Below are positions 50,429 to 61,367 of a stretch of 64,000 nucleotides of DNA, one piece after another. The notes under the pieces were generated by a model. That model was not told where the DNA came from, did not search any database, and worked only from the letters and a program-made list of their open reading frames with translations. The translations under genes and the position numbers were made by a program. Origin of the DNA: Minisyncoccota bacterium (GTDB lineage Bacteria > Patescibacteriota > Minisyncoccia > Phycocordibacterales > JABAAK01). Within the stretch, counting starts at the first letter, position 1. Each line of letters starts with the position of its first letter. The DNA lies in the NCBI GenBank assembly GCA_965216295.1, contig OZ244141.1, forward strand, positions 4,864 through 68,863, in the 5' to 3' direction.

Positions 50429-52093
50429 CTATTTCCTCTTTGCTGCACGTTCCCCCGCAGCGTAGATAAGGCCACAAAACACAGGATTCGGATCAAAGGG
50501 ACGTGCCGTGAATTCAGGATGATACTGGGTACCAACAAAGAATGGGTGTTTGGTAGTATCTAACTCAATTGCCTCAACGAGTCCTTTTTTGGAAGTGGCG
50601 GAGACAAGGAGTCCTTTTTTGGTAAACTCTTTCACATACGCACCATTCACTTCGTAACGATGCCGATGCCTCTCTTGAATCGTCCTTGTTCCATAGAGAT
50701 CATGAAGAATCCTTGGACGCATAAGTGTGGCGGTGTATAAACCAAGTCGCATAGATGCTCCGTACTGTTTCTGATTCATTTTCTCCTTTTGTTCTTCAAG
50801 AATGTGAATCACTGGATGTGGTGTCCGAGGATCAACCTCAGTGCTATTTGCTGTTTTTTTACCAACCACATTTTGCATATACTCAACGACCATCAGTTGT
50901 AATCCGTAGCAAATACCTAATATCGGTATATCGTGTTCACGAGCAAAACGGATAACATTGAGTTTTCCGGGAACCCCTGTATTCCCAAAACCACCTGGGA
51001 TGATAATACCGTCAAATTTCTCAAGATGGCGAAGCGCATAATCGCCATCTCGCCCTTCAAAATCCTTGGTATCAATCAATTCAGGTACCACCCGCACACC
51101 CTCAGAAACACCAGAGAAACGCATTGCCTCAAGAATGGAGATGTAGGAATCTTTAAGAATGTAGGATCCAGTTGCAAAATACTTCCCGACAATAGCGATA
51201 CGCACCTCCGGAAACTTTTTATTTTTAACATTTTTCTGCAACTGCCGCCATTTGCGAAGTGTGTTCGTTCGTCGTTGTTTTGGTAAACAGAGAAGATTGA
51301 TAAGCTTCTCCCCTATTTTTTCTTTTTCAAGGTTCGTGATGATATCGTAAATACACGCAACATCGGTAGCGGCAATAATATGTTTCTTTTGTAAATTTGA
51401 AGAGCGTGCTATTTTCTCTTTACGACGATTATCAATCTTTCCTTCACTCCGAGCGATAACAAGAGATGGCACAACACCATATGAGTTGAGTGTTCGAATA
51501 GCGTTTTGTGTTGGTCGTGTCTTTGCCTCACCAATACTGTTTGGACATGGTAGGTATGAGACCAACGCAAAGATAACATGGTTAGGTTTTTCAACCTGCA
51601 TCTGCCTGCCCGCCTCAATGAACAGTAAGTTCTGATAGTCACCGAGGGTTCCACCAATCTCAACAATTTGCACATCTGCTTGCGAACGGCGTGCCGACAA
51701 CTCTATCCGCTGCCGAGTCTCATCAACTAAGTGTGGTATGGTCTCAACACATTTACCGTCATATCCCAATGAACGCTCTCGATCAATCACATGTTGGTAC
51801 ACCATACCGCTGGTTATATAGTCTTCACGGTAAAAACTACGACCAAGAAATCGTTCGTAGTTTCCTAAGTCTTGATCGGTTTCTAATCCTGTATCAAGCA
51901 CAAAAACTTCCCCATGTTCAGTTGGATTCATAGTCCCCGCATCAACATTCAGATACGGATCAATCTTCATGAGGTTCGTCTTGTAACCATACTCAGAAAG
52001 TATGACTGCTGTTGAAGAAGCAGTAATCCCTTTTCCGATGCCAGACATAACCCCACCAACAACAAATATGTACCGTGTTTTTTCCTGACGCAT
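50429..52093 (-). CDS. pyrG: CTP synthase.
   Basis: N-terminal YIFVVGGVMSGIGKGITASS, a glutamine amidotransferase C-terminal domain, 554 aa. Confidence 0.9.
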   Translation of the reverse strand: MRQEKTRYIFVVGGVMSGIGKGITASSTAVILSEYGYKTNLMKIDPYLNVDAGTMNPTEHGEVFVLDTGLETDQDLGNYERFLGRSFYREDYITSGMVYQHVIDRERSLGYDGKCVETIPHLVDETRQRIELSARRSQADVQIVEIGGTLGDYQNLLFIEAGRQMQVEKPNHVIFALVSYLPCPNSIGEAKTRPTQNAIRTLNSYGVVPSLVIARSEGKIDNRRKEKIARSSNLQKKHIIAATDVACIYDIITNLEKEKIGEKLINLLCLPKQRRTNTLRKWRQLQKNVKNKKFPEVRIAIVGKYFATGSYILKDSYISILEAMRFSGVSEGVRVVPELIDTKDFEGRDGDYALRHLEKFDGIIIPGGFGNTGVPGKLNVIRFAREHDIPILGICYGLQLMVVEYMQNVVGKKTANSTEVDPRTPHPVIHILEEQKEKMNQKQYGASMRLGLYTATLMRPRILHDLYGTRTIQERHRHRYEVNGAYVKEFTKKGLLVSATSKKGLVEAIELDTTKHPFFVGTQYHPEFTARPFDPNPVFCGLIYAAGERAAKRK

Positions 52094-52121
52094 TACCCCA
52101 TGGTATCACAAGAGGGGGATA

Positions 52122-52799
52122 CTACTGAGTAGGTTCTTTTGAGAGCTGAAAACGTAAAACGCTCGTATTGAAATTGTTGTGATGTGCAATGACTGCCCCA
52201 CCTGTACCGCCCTCTGGTACAGCAGCAACGAGTATCTGTGCACCGATAACAACAGTTCTGGGTTCTCCTTCCTTGGTATACAGTGGCTGACCATCAATAA
52301 ATGCAATCACCTTCTTACCATCAACGGTGGCAGGGATAAGGACTGATACGACACTGTCTTTTTTAGTGGCATCAACAGCATATGACACAAGCGATGCATC
52401 TTCTCCTGTCGGTATCGGTTTGACAACAAGAGCTTCATAGATATTACTATCACGACCTGCCCCACGTACCTGTTCCTCAAGTGTATAGAGAAGTGATGTT
52501 GGGTCACCATTAAAGAGATTCTGTAGTGGTTCACTCACGCCACGACCAAGAAAGTTGAGAGAAAAATCGTCCCTGTGAACGACAATGACACCAGAGTCCG
52601 TAGGAACAGCAGAAAGATTGGAGAGGCTCACCAATCGCTGTGATGATCCTGTCGCACCATCTGTCAATCGTGAAGGTAACATATTAAAAATGGAAACACC
52701 AACAACAACAATCACAACAACGAGAATAATCGCTATAAGAGACTTCACGAGTACACGCCCTATCATAGTACTTCTATAATACAACACAATGACACACAC
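52122..52799 (-). CDS. Hypothetical membrane-anchored extracytoplasmic protein.
   Basis: TM helix LIAIILVVVIVVVGVSIF then a soluble domain. The start may be the internal MIGRV. Confidence 0.4.
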   Translation of the reverse strand: MCVIVLYYRSTMIGRVLVKSLIAIILVVVIVVVGVSIFNMLPSRLTDGATGSSQRLVSLSNLSAVPTDSGVIVVHRDDFSLNFLGRGVSEPLQNLFNGDPTSLLYTLEEQVRGAGRDSNIYEALVVKPIPTGEDASLVSYAVDATKKDSVVSVLIPATVDGKKVIAFIDGQPLYTKEGEPRTVVIGAQILVAAVPEGGTGGAVIAHHNNFNTSVLRFQLSKEPTQ

Positions 52800-52850
52800 G
52801 ATTATTGATATTCCACAATACTACCCTCGTCTTTTGTATACTGCCACCAT

Positions 52851-54998
52851 ATGAAACAGGCTACAGTGGGCGACGCCCTCATCACAGAGCACTTCCGTGG
52901 CATTACTCATGAAAAACGAAAAAGTCTTGCAACACTTGGATTACTCACGGTGCGTGACCTCTTGTACCATTTCCCTGCTCGTTTTGAACAACCAGGAACC
53001 CGCTTCTCTGGTTCTCTCCAGAAAGGTGAGACGGTAGTGGTTGAAGGAGAGGTGAGTGCCATACGAATGCGAAAGACACGAGGAACAAGACGTGTCATGG
53101 TAGCTGAAGCAAGTATTCAAGCAGGAGTTGGTAGGGTTGTGCCAGTTATGTGGTTTCATCAACCATACATTGCAAAACAATTCCAGAAAGGTGACATGGT
53201 ACGGATACGTGGCAGTGTTGCAGGAAGCACGAAATACTACATCACAAACCCAACAATACAAAAAATCAATGCTCTCACGAACCCATTTGATGAAACAACA
53301 CCCACCAACGAACCATTAGTGCCCATCTATCCAACAACAAAAGGAATATCATCTGCATGGCTCCAGGGTAAAGTCGAGGCACTCCTTCGCACTGACATTC
53401 CAAAGCACCTCGAAGATGTTGTTCCCAAACAGGTACAAACATCACTGCATCTACCAAATCTGCACGACGCCCTCCTCACCATTCACCAACCACGCAATAC
53501 AGATGAGTATGAAGTTGCTCAGAAACGTTTCATTTTTGAAATTATGTTTGTCCTCCAGGTTACCCAACAGTACAGCCTGCAGAAAAGATCACAAGAAAAG
53601 GTACGAATGATACATATCCAAAAAGATCACGTACAATCATTTATGCAAGAACACTTCGCTTTTACCCCAACGCAAGCACAGTATCGTGTGGTGGATGAAA
53701 TTCAGAAAGATTTGATGCGAGGGACACCGATGGCACGATTATTGGAAGGAGATGTGGGTTCAGGAAAAACCGCAGTAGCAGCCGCCATTCTCTACGCCAT
53801 TGTCACCGCAAAAAAAGAGAAGAAAACGGTTGCAGAAAACATTGCTCAAATAGCGTATATGGCACCAACAGAACTTCTTGCACGCCAACAATTCGACACT
53901 ATCACAGCACTCTTTGGACACCTCCCTATACACGTTGGTTTGATTACTGGTAAGCAGTGTATGAAATTTCCCTCAAAAGTAGATAAAGAAAAAGCAACAA
54001 AAATCTCTCGCCCCCAGTTAGAAAAGTGGATACAAAACGGAGAGATTGCAATTCTCGTTGGCACACACGCACTCATACAAAAAAGTGTTATTTTCAGACA
54101 CCTCTCACTAGTCGTTATTGATGAGCAGCACCGATTTGGTGTTGCCCAACGACAACAGATTATTCAACAAAAAATAGAAACACCACACCTCCTATCAATG
54201 ACAGCAACACCAATCCCTCGAACTCTTGCTCTTGCCCTCTACGGTGATCTCTCACTCTCAGTCCTTGACGAATTACCCGTGGGAAGAAAACCCGTAGAGA
54301 CAAAACTGCTCAGTGATACAGAGAGTGCAGAGGTCTATGAACACATTCGCAGTGAAGTAACAAAGGGACATCAAGCATACATACTTTGTCCTCGCATTAA
54401 CGAGTCTGAAGAATCACCACTCCGCTCAGTCAAAGAAGAGTATCTTCTGGTAAAAGAAACAGTATTTCCAGACCTCACCATTGCTATGCTACACGGCAAA
54501 ATGAATGCCACAGAACGAATAGATGTTATGGAACGATTTACCAATGGAGAGATTGATGTTTTGGTGACCACCACCGTCATTGAAGTTGGTATTAACGTAC
54601 CAAACGCAACAACGATGGTCGTGTTTCATGCGGAACGGTTTGGCCTCGCACAGCTCCACCAACTCCGTGGTCGTGTCATTCGCAGCCAGTTTCAACCGTA
54701 CTGCTTTATACTCAGTAGTAACAAAAACCCAATGACACGAGACCGACTTACTTTCTTTGCAAAAACACACAATGGATTTGAACTCGCTGAACAAGACCTT
54801 CAGGTGCGTGGTATGGGAGAGTTGATAGGGTTGCGACAATCAGGCATCCCCGACATTGCTATGGAAGCACTCAAAAACAAAAAACTGGTAACGATAGCAC
54901 AAGAACAGGCAAAAACCATCGTGACCAAAGACCCAACACTACACCACCACCCACACCTCCTCAAGCGTGCACAACAAGGGAGTCATGCCCGTGAGTAA
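52851..54998 (+). CDS. recG: ATP-dependent DNA helicase RecG.
   Basis: Wedge domain, helicase motifs GDVGSGKT, DEQHRFGV, MTATPIPRTLAL and QLRGRVIRS. Confidence 0.85.
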   Translation: MKQATVGDALITEHFRGITHEKRKSLATLGLLTVRDLLYHFPARFEQPGTRFSGSLQKGETVVVEGEVSAIRMRKTRGTRRVMVAEASIQAGVGRVVPVMWFHQPYIAKQFQKGDMVRIRGSVAGSTKYYITNPTIQKINALTNPFDETTPTNEPLVPIYPTTKGISSAWLQGKVEALLRTDIPKHLEDVVPKQVQTSLHLPNLHDALLTIHQPRNTDEYEVAQKRFIFEIMFVLQVTQQYSLQKRSQEKVRMIHIQKDHVQSFMQEHFAFTPTQAQYRVVDEIQKDLMRGTPMARLLEGDVGSGKTAVAAAILYAIVTAKKEKKTVAENIAQIAYMAPTELLARQQFDTITALFGHLPIHVGLITGKQCMKFPSKVDKEKATKISRPQLEKWIQNGEIAILVGTHALIQKSVIFRHLSLVVIDEQHRFGVAQRQQIIQQKIETPHLLSMTATPIPRTLALALYGDLSLSVLDELPVGRKPVETKLLSDTESAEVYEHIRSEVTKGHQAYILCPRINESEESPLRSVKEEYLLVKETVFPDLTIAMLHGKMNATERIDVMERFTNGEIDVLVTTTVIEVGINVPNATTMVVFHAERFGLAQLHQLRGRVIRSQFQPYCFILSSNKNPMTRDRLTFFAKTHNGFELAEQDLQVRGMGELIGLRQSGIPDIAMEALKNKKLVTIAQEQAKTIVTKDPTLHHHPHLLKRAQQGSHARE

Positions 54999-55049
54999 AT
55001 TGATATCATTGTGTGTGATATACTTGAGATATAGATGGATTAGGCACCG

Positions 55050-55080
55050 GGCCCAATTGGGTAATCCGGGCCTTTTTTTT
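55050..55080 (+). terminator. Rho-independent terminator after recG.
   Basis: GGCCC-aattgggtaatcc-GGGCC hairpin followed by T8. Confidence 0.5.
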
Positions 55081-55203
55081 ACTCTGTAAGTATGGATCAA
55101 TATAGTCCCTTTTAAGAATGTCTCTATAGTAAAACTGTATGTACTCACCAGGAAGAATAACGGTGCACAGCAAGGAAGTCATGCCCGTGAGTAATATTGC
55201 AAG

Positions 55204-55276
55204 TCCACCCGCCTGGACTTGAACCAGGAACCGCTCGTGTATAAGACGAGTGCTCTACCAATTGAGCTACAGGTGG
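55204..55276 (-). tRNA. tRNA with anticodon UAU (tRNA-Ile reading AUA).
   Basis: The reverse complement gives CCACCTG TA GCTC AATTGGTA GAGC A CTCGT-CTTATAC-ACGAG ... CCTGG-TTCAAGT-CCAGG CGGGTGG A. The anticodon loop has U33 and A37 in place. Confidence 0.65.
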
Positions 55277-55337
55277 TTTATCCCACCACGAAACCATCAT
55301 ACCCCCACACGCAACAAGGTGGTATACTCCCACCGCC

Positions 55338-56012
55338 ATGGCACTTTCCGACAAACGCATCATAGACGAGATGGAGAAAGGCCACATTGTTATTACGCCA
55401 TTTTCCAAAGAAAACCTCTCCACCTCAAGCTATGATGTTGCCTTGGGTGAGTACTACTTTGAAGAACAGCGTCCAGACACCACAAAGGTCTATAAGATCT
55501 ACAACCCGTATAGTAAAAAGGCTGTCGATCGGGTATGGGGGGTAACACCACTCCAAGCAGAGAGAGCGGAAACAGTTTTAGGTGATACGTTCCCTTTTGA
55601 CGGTATCACAAAAAATGATAAGGTCATACTCGTTCCTGCAGGTGCCACCATTCTGGCACACACCGAAGAATTCATTGGTGGTGTTGATCACATCACTACC
55701 ATGATGAAAGCTCGTTCATCACTTGGCAGAAACTTTATTGAAGTATGTAAGTGCGCTGGCTGGGGTGATGTGGGGTACATCAACCGATGGACTATGGAAA
55801 TTACTAACAACTCGAGATACTACGCTATCCCCCTTGTTGTTGGACGACGTATCGGACAGATTATCTTTTTCAACACTGGTGCCATTCGTGCCTCTGATTA
55901 CGCAGGAAGTGGAAAGTATCAAACAACAACAGATTTGCAAGAACTTCAAAAGATGTGGCGACCAGATATGATGCTCCCAAAGATGTATAACGATCGAGAG
56001 GTGCAAAAGTAG
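55338..56012 (+). CDS. dcd: dCTP deaminase family protein (longer than the canonical Dcd).
   Basis: N-terminal LSDKRIIDEMEKGHIVITPF, a Dcd/dUTPase beta-barrel core, 224 aa. Confidence 0.75.
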   Translation: MALSDKRIIDEMEKGHIVITPFSKENLSTSSYDVALGEYYFEEQRPDTTKVYKIYNPYSKKAVDRVWGVTPLQAERAETVLGDTFPFDGITKNDKVILVPAGATILAHTEEFIGGVDHITTMMKARSSLGRNFIEVCKCAGWGDVGYINRWTMEITNNSRYYAIPLVVGRRIGQIIFFNTGAIRASDYAGSGKYQTTTDLQELQKMWRPDMMLPKMYNDREVQK

Positions 56013-56022
56013 CAGAGAAACT

Positions 56023-56718
56023 ATGGAACAGGCAAACAAAAGAACTGACACAAACGTCCGTATTGAGAGTTCGTGGCGTGACGCACTTAAAGATTTTTTT
56101 ACAACCGACGAGTGGCACCAATTAGCGGTTTCAGTACGACAGGAATACCTCTCGGATAAAGAGGTGTATCCACGCGCGACACAGGTGTTTCATGCGTTTA
56201 ACTGCTGTCCTTTTACAAAAGTACGGGTGGTCATACTCGGTCAAGATCCATACCACGGAAAAGGACAAGCACATGGACTATCGTTTTCTGTACCACAAGG
56301 CACTCGCACACCACCATCACTACAAAATATTTTTAAAGAAATTCAGAACGATACTGGTGTGACAGTCGATACTCGATCTGGTGATTTAACTCCGTGGACA
56401 GAGCAAGGAGTCTTTTTATTAAACAGCATTCTGACCGTTGTCGCCAACACGCCCACAGCACACCGAGGGCTTGGCTGGGAAGGATTTACCGACACGGTAA
56501 TACAGACACTCTCCGAGAAACGAGAACATCTCGTCTTTCTCCTCTGGGGTGCATACGCAAAGGGTAAGCAAGAACTCATAGACAACACCAAACATGCTGT
56601 CTTTACCGCAGCACACCCATCACCGTTTTCTGCACACCACGGTTTCTTTGGTTGCAAACACTTCAGTAAGGCAAATGAATACCTCGTCGCCAATGCGCAA
56701 AAACCGATTCAATGGTAG
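56023..56718 (+). CDS. ung: Uracil-DNA glycosylase (family 1).
   Basis: GQDPYHG water-activating loop, HPSPFS motif and GVFLLN. Confidence 0.85.
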   Translation: MEQANKRTDTNVRIESSWRDALKDFFTTDEWHQLAVSVRQEYLSDKEVYPRATQVFHAFNCCPFTKVRVVILGQDPYHGKGQAHGLSFSVPQGTRTPPSLQNIFKEIQNDTGVTVDTRSGDLTPWTEQGVFLLNSILTVVANTPTAHRGLGWEGFTDTVIQTLSEKREHLVFLLWGAYAKGKQELIDNTKHAVFTAAHPSPFSAHHGFFGCKHFSKANEYLVANAQKPIQW

Positions 56719-56723
56719 AGAAA

Positions 56724-58643
56724 CTACTTCCCTAACTCGTTCTGTATCTCTATACCTTCTCCACGGAGAACCTCCTCATAGTCACCTCGTTCAAGTGTTT
56801 CAACTTCAAGTAGACGTACCACCAAAACATCAAGCACACTACGGTGTTTGGTAAGAATCTCTGTCGCACGAGCATGCGCATCTTTCACTATCTTCTCAAT
56901 TTCTGTATCTATCTCTTGCTCTGTCGTCGGTGCATGTCCTTCACGTACAGAACCAAAGGCACCCGCCTGCTTTTGTCGAAGAACAATAGGACCAATCTTA
57001 CTCGACATACCAAAACGAGTAACCATACTATGTGCAAGTTCTGAAACATTTTTTAAATCACTGGATGGACCAGTTGAAAGATCCTGGAAAACGATCTCTT
57101 CTGCAACGTAGCCACCAAGTGCCATGGTGATATTATCAATCAACTCTTTTCTTGTTTTCAAACGACGCTCAGTATCTGGTAGTGATAGCACATACCCACC
57201 TGCATGACCACGGGAAACAATAGTTATCTTTTGCACTGGATCGGCAAATGGAAGGAGGGATGCGAGAAGTGCGTGCCCTGCTTCGTGGTAAGCGATGACT
57301 CTTCGTTCATGGTCAGTGATGACACGACTAGGACGCTCTGGTCCAAAGAGTACTTTCTCAATAGAAGCGAGAAGGTCTCCTTGTCCAATCTTTGTACGGT
57401 TATCACGCACCGCAAGAATACCTGCCTCATTCACCACCGAAGCAAGGTCAGCTCCCGAGAGACCAGGAGTACGACGAGCAACAATTGTAAAATCCACATC
57501 CTCTTCAAGTTTCTTTCCGCGTGCATGTACCGCGATAATCTCCTTTCGCTCTTTGATGTCTGGCAAATCAATAGTTACCTTTCTATCAAAACGACCAGGA
57601 CGAAGCAATGCCGTATCAAGAATGTCTGCACGATTTGTTGATGCCAAGACAATAACTTTATCTGTCTGTTCAAAGCCATCCATCTCTACTAGTATTTGGT
57701 TGAGTGCCTGCTCTCGTTCATCGTTACCACCGCCAAGTCCTGAGCCACGCGCACGCCCTACCGCATCTATCTCGTCAATAAAGACAATCGCTGGCGCTGT
57801 CTTTTTGGCGTTTGCAAATAAGTCACGCACTCGAGATGCACCAACACCAACAAACATTTCTACAAACTCTGATCCTGAAATAGAAAAGAATGGTACATTT
57901 GCTTCCCCCGCTACTGCTCGTGCAAGAAGTGTTTTACCGGTACCAGGAGCACCAGTGAGAAGAACTCCTTTGGGTACTTTTGAACCAATCGCAAAGAAAC
58001 GCTCTGGCTGTTTTAAAAATTCGACAAACTCCTGTAATTCCTGTTTTGCCTCTTGTGCTCCAGCAACATCTTTAAAAGTTACTCTGTTTGCCTTATCATT
58101 TGGATTGATAAATCGTGCTCGTGACCTGCCGAACTGAAATACCTGCATACCAACACCTTTTGCCTGTCGAGTGATAAACCAAATGAACAGGAGGAGAATA
58201 AGAATGGGAAAGAGAAACGGTAACACATTTTTTACCCACACACCAAACCCTGTTTCTTTTTCAATACGATACTCAATTGCTCCTAGTTGTGCAGCAGTCA
58301 CTCCGAGGTTCAAGAGAGTTTGATCAAATGCCTCAAAGGCATCTTTTCGTAACACCGCTTTCGTGTCATCAGTGTATACCACTGACACCTCTGGACCACT
58401 CACTATTAATGATGTAATGTTTCTGTTTTGTATTGCTGTGACAATTTCTGAAATTGATGGGTTTTTCACTTCTTCTTTTTCTTGAAGCAATCCATACCCG
58501 TACGAAGAAACAAGAAGTATTCCAACAACTACCAAAAGCACAGTGGTGAACTTGGGTGGTTTTTTGGTACCCCTTTTTCTTCCAAGGATACTCTTCATCT
58601 TTTTTTGTCTTTTGTCTTTTTTGCTAGCCTTTTTTCTTTCCAT
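56724..58643 (-). CDS. ftsH: ATP-dependent zinc metalloprotease FtsH.
   Basis: Two N-terminal TM helices, AAA module [25 protein letters not shown] region, HEAGHAL zinc site. Confidence 0.9.
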   Translation of the reverse strand: MERKKASKKDKRQKKMKSILGRKRGTKKPPKFTTVLLVVVGILLVSSYGYGLLQEKEEVKNPSISEIVTAIQNRNITSLIVSGPEVSVVYTDDTKAVLRKDAFEAFDQTLLNLGVTAAQLGAIEYRIEKETGFGVWVKNVLPFLFPILILLLFIWFITRQAKGVGMQVFQFGRSRARFINPNDKANRVTFKDVAGAQEAKQELQEFVEFLKQPERFFAIGSKVPKGVLLTGAPGTGKTLLARAVAGEANVPFFSISGSEFVEMFVGVGASRVRDLFANAKKTAPAIVFIDEIDAVGRARGSGLGGGNDEREQALNQILVEMDGFEQTDKVIVLASTNRADILDTALLRPGRFDRKVTIDLPDIKERKEIIAVHARGKKLEEDVDFTIVARRTPGLSGADLASVVNEAGILAVRDNRTKIGQGDLLASIEKVLFGPERPSRVITDHERRVIAYHEAGHALLASLLPFADPVQKITIVSRGHAGGYVLSLPDTERRLKTRKELIDNITMALGGYVAEEIVFQDLSTGPSSDLKNVSELAHSMVTRFGMSSKIGPIVLRQKQAGAFGSVREGHAPTTEQEIDTEIEKIVKDAHARATEILTKHRSVLDVLVVRLLEVETLERGDYEEVLRGEGIEIQNELGK

Positions 58644-58717
58644 ATACTATATATGTTCCACCCACTGTTTTACCCACACACCCTCCTTTATACCTTGCTA
58701 AGGTATTATATACAGTA

Positions 58718-59161
58718 ATGGCGTATATAACCAACCGAGAGGTGAAAAAAAATATGAAAATCGTGGATACTCTGCGAGCGGGCATCTCCCTCATTGGGAG
58801 TGAGGTGAAGAGTGTTCGTGAGGGTTCTGGATCACTCCAAGGTGCTCGTGTCCTAATACGAGGCAATGAAGTGTTCCTTGTTGGAGCAACCATACCCCCT
58901 TATCAGGTAAAAAATACACCAGATGACTATGATCCTACTCGTACTAGACGACTCCTCATTGGCAAACATGAGCGAGAACAACTTGCGCGAAAGGTTGATG
59001 CAAAAAACTTGACACTTGTACCCATCTCTATTTACAATGTTGGTAGAAACCTCAAGGTTGATATTGCACTTGCGCGGAAAAAATTGAGTGGTGACAAACG
59101 TGAGGTTATACAGAAAAGAGATGCGAAACGGACAATACGGAAAGCATTTGGAAGAAAGTAA
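58718..59161 (+). CDS. smpB: SsrA-binding protein SmpB.
   Basis: GISLIGSEVKSVREGSGSLQGARVLIRGNEVFL and a basic C-terminal tail. Located directly upstream of tmRNA. Confidence 0.85.
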   Translation: MAYITNREVKKNMKIVDTLRAGISLIGSEVKSVREGSGSLQGARVLIRGNEVFLVGATIPPYQVKNTPDDYDPTRTRRLLIGKHEREQLARKVDAKNLTLVPISIYNVGRNLKVDIALARKKLSGDKREVIQKRDAKRTIRKAFGRK

Positions 59162-59213
59162 TTTCTATTCCTCTCTAGGGAGTCATCTCACCCCACCCGA
59201 GGTGGCTCCCTAC

Positions 59214-59560
59214 GGGGGTGTCAGGATTTGACAGTTACCCAAGGTAGATAGTGTAGCGTGGTAGAGCGAGATCTCTTTAAACATCGAATACATGCAAAAG
59301 AAAAATTTGCACGGGCTGGTCTCGTACCAGTACCTGCATTTGCGTAAGTAAAATTCACGTGAGTGCCGTCTGCTAAGCAATACTCAGTACGCATAGCAAG
59401 GCGTCAGAATTCTGAGTACATGGATGTGTGAACCGCTTCGGTACACATCGACATACAGAAGCAAACCACGGGTGTGCTTACCCTATATAAGCACTACGTC
59501 ACGAAGAAGCGCTATGTACCAGTAACATGGACGGGAGTTCAATTCTCCCCACCTCCACCA
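59214..59560 (+). ncRNA. ssrA: tmRNA (ssrA), 347 nt.
   Basis: 5' GGGGGTGTCAGGATTTGACAG pairs with 3' ...GGACGGGAGTTCAATTCTCCCCACCTCCACCA (T arm plus acceptor plus CCA). A candidate tag ORF at 59294..59347 gives AKEKFARAGLVPVPAFA followed by a stop. Confidence 0.8.
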
Positions 59561-59589
59561 TTTAGAATTTATTAAATGATTTCCTTAAA

Positions 59590-59760
59590 GGGTTTGTGAT
59601 TGCTTGCTTCAATGTCTCTAAAGTTCGACATTTTGAAATAAGGTAAAACCAATTCCCACAAACCCTATGGACATTGTTCTAAAAAAGTTCGAGATACGAT
59701 TTGCTTTTCTGTTTGTGTTATAGGTCCGATGATTCTCACATTCCTAATCTCACTTTTTTA
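59590..59760 (+). repeat. Left copy of an imperfect direct repeat (blocks ..gttcgacattttgaaata.. and ..ttgcttttctgtttgtgttataggtccgatgattctcac..).
   Basis: Both blocks recur, in the same order and orientation, at 62841-62862 and 63104-63150. Confidence 0.45.
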
Positions 59761-59922
59761 TAATCCACCTTCAAAAATAAGTACTAGCATTATAATTTAG
59801 ACATATATTTTTTTGGTTTGTATGAACCATCTGCCTTTCTTTGTTTGAAAGTTTTTTTACAATTAGATATTGAGTTAAAAGAATTATTAACATTTTATAA
59901 TATTGAACCAAGTGATGTATAA

Positions 59923-60197
59923 TTAAGATATATGAAAAAGCATATTTTGGATGAAAGTAAGGTTCAAAAATGCTCTTTTTTGCATTGGTTCAGAACAATT
60001 CTCAAAAATATCCCTTGCCCTTCGTACTACAGATAGTACTGTAGACACTGTTGTTTGGTATTCATAATCAGCTTCTCTGTGTTCCGAAAGCTCAACTTCC
60101 AAGAGCTGTAATTTATCAGCATACTCTTGATGCTTTTTGTCATAGATGTCCTTAGTAATTCGTCTGTTGATACTCTTGCAACCTTTATTGCTTTCAT
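59923..60197 (-). pseudogene. Probable remnant of a serine recombinase. ATG 60197 begins MKAIKVARVSTDE..., then the frame is lost. A C-terminal fragment lies in another frame.
   Basis: The Y/V-ARVST-DE catalytic-serine motif is at the N-terminus. A 96-codon open frame with no start codon (..KSINRRITKDIYDKKHQEYADKLQLLEVELSEHREADYEYQTTVSTVLSVVRRARDIF..) is shifted relative to it. Confidence 0.3.
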
Positions 60198-60203
60198 AGG
60201 TCG

Positions 60204-61367
60204 TTACACTAATCTAATCAGCTTCTCAAGAAAGTTTTTACTCTCGCTTATATCTATCTCGTTATTAGCAGATAAGATTAGATTATGGATTATTTCACCA
60301 TTAAATTGAGTAACCCCTCTTGAGTTTCTACCTGCCCAGTGCTTTAGGAGAATGGTTGAGTTCAACAAATCTATTTGGAAAACAGAGATGAGAGTTTGAG
60401 CAACAATCTTATTTGGCTCAAGTCCAATAAAATAGAACATAAATACACTCTTATCTGTCGCCAAAAACTTTAACATTTTATCTATGTTGTATGCTTTTGG
60501 GTTTGACTTCAATATCATAATCTTGGTTTTAACATCAGTTTCAGTATGATATTTCTCAAATATCCTAGTATAGTCTCCTAGTGAGTTTTTTGTTCCAAAA
60601 CTAGAAATCTTTTTATTGCTGTTATAAAGCTCTTGAACCAGTTTGTCTCGTAGATCATCATCTTCTCCTGCTATAAGATACTCAATAACTCTGCCTCTTA
60701 TATTTACGTTTTCTATAAATCCTGCTATAAGTATTTCGTTTTTATATTGTTCAACCTTCGCATCAAGGTCTGACTTCAATTCTACAAAATCAGCTGAGTT
60801 CACAAAATTGATTGCCCTTTGTGGAGCTTGTTTAACCACTTCTTCTGCTTCAAGTGATAATTCGTACTTACTGCCTGATGGACTAATGCCAGTAGTGGCT
60901 TCTACGAGGCGTATAAGGTTACCATCAAATCCAAGCTCTTCGTGAATTGCAAAAAGATCATCAAAGTGCTCAGGTGAATTATCTATCTCATTAAATTTTT
61001 TTGAAATATCTGAGCCATTAAAACTACCCCTTATATTATCTTCTCTGAGCCGTTGTGAACTATGGCTAATTTTTTGCAGAAAGGTTGTATTAGCTAGGTA
61101 TATAAAGTTCTTTTCAGGTGTTACTAAGCAGACTAAAAATGGCAACTCATCATACTTCTGAAGATTTGAGAGAGAAAGAACCGTATTTGAGAAACTGGAA
61201 GAATGGGAAGAACTAAAGCGTATAGCAAAATGTTCAGAATAATAAACCGACCTATCTTTAGTTAGATTGAACTGATTTTGAACCCCATCAATCAAGACCG
61301 ACTTATTTCCGATACCGTCCTTTGACTTGATGTAGTTAATCAATTCAAATGCTTGTTGGTTTATCAT
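60204..61367 (-). CDS. Putative Type II restriction endonuclease (cognate of the adjacent methyltransferase).
   Basis: 387 aa with no detectable family. Its ATG overlaps the methyltransferase stop (ATGA at 61364-61367). AT-rich codon usage. Confidence 0.45.
   Translation of the reverse strand: MINQQAFELINYIKSKDGIGNKSVLIDGVQNQFNLTKDRSVYYSEHFAIRFSSSHSSSFSNTVLSLSNLQKYDELPFLVCLVTPEKNFIYLANTTFLQKISHSSQRLREDNIRGSFNGSDISKKFNEIDNSPEHFDDLFAIHEELGFDGNLIRLVEATTGISPSGSKYELSLEAEEVVKQAPQRAINFVNSADFVELKSDLDAKVEQYKNEILIAGFIENVNIRGRVIEYLIAGEDDDLRDKLVQELYNSNKKISSFGTKNSLGDYTRIFEKYHTETDVKTKIMILKSNPKAYNIDKMLKFLATDKSVFMFYFIGLEPNKIVAQTLISVFQIDLLNSTILLKHWAGRNSRGVTQFNGEIIHNLILSANNEIDISESKNFLEKLIRLV

Noticed and set aside
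55145-55423. 92-aa minus-strand ORF.
   Set aside because: It overlaps the UAU tRNA and the 5' end of dcd.
57295-58137. 280-aa plus-strand ORF.
   Set aside because: It is antisense to ftsH.
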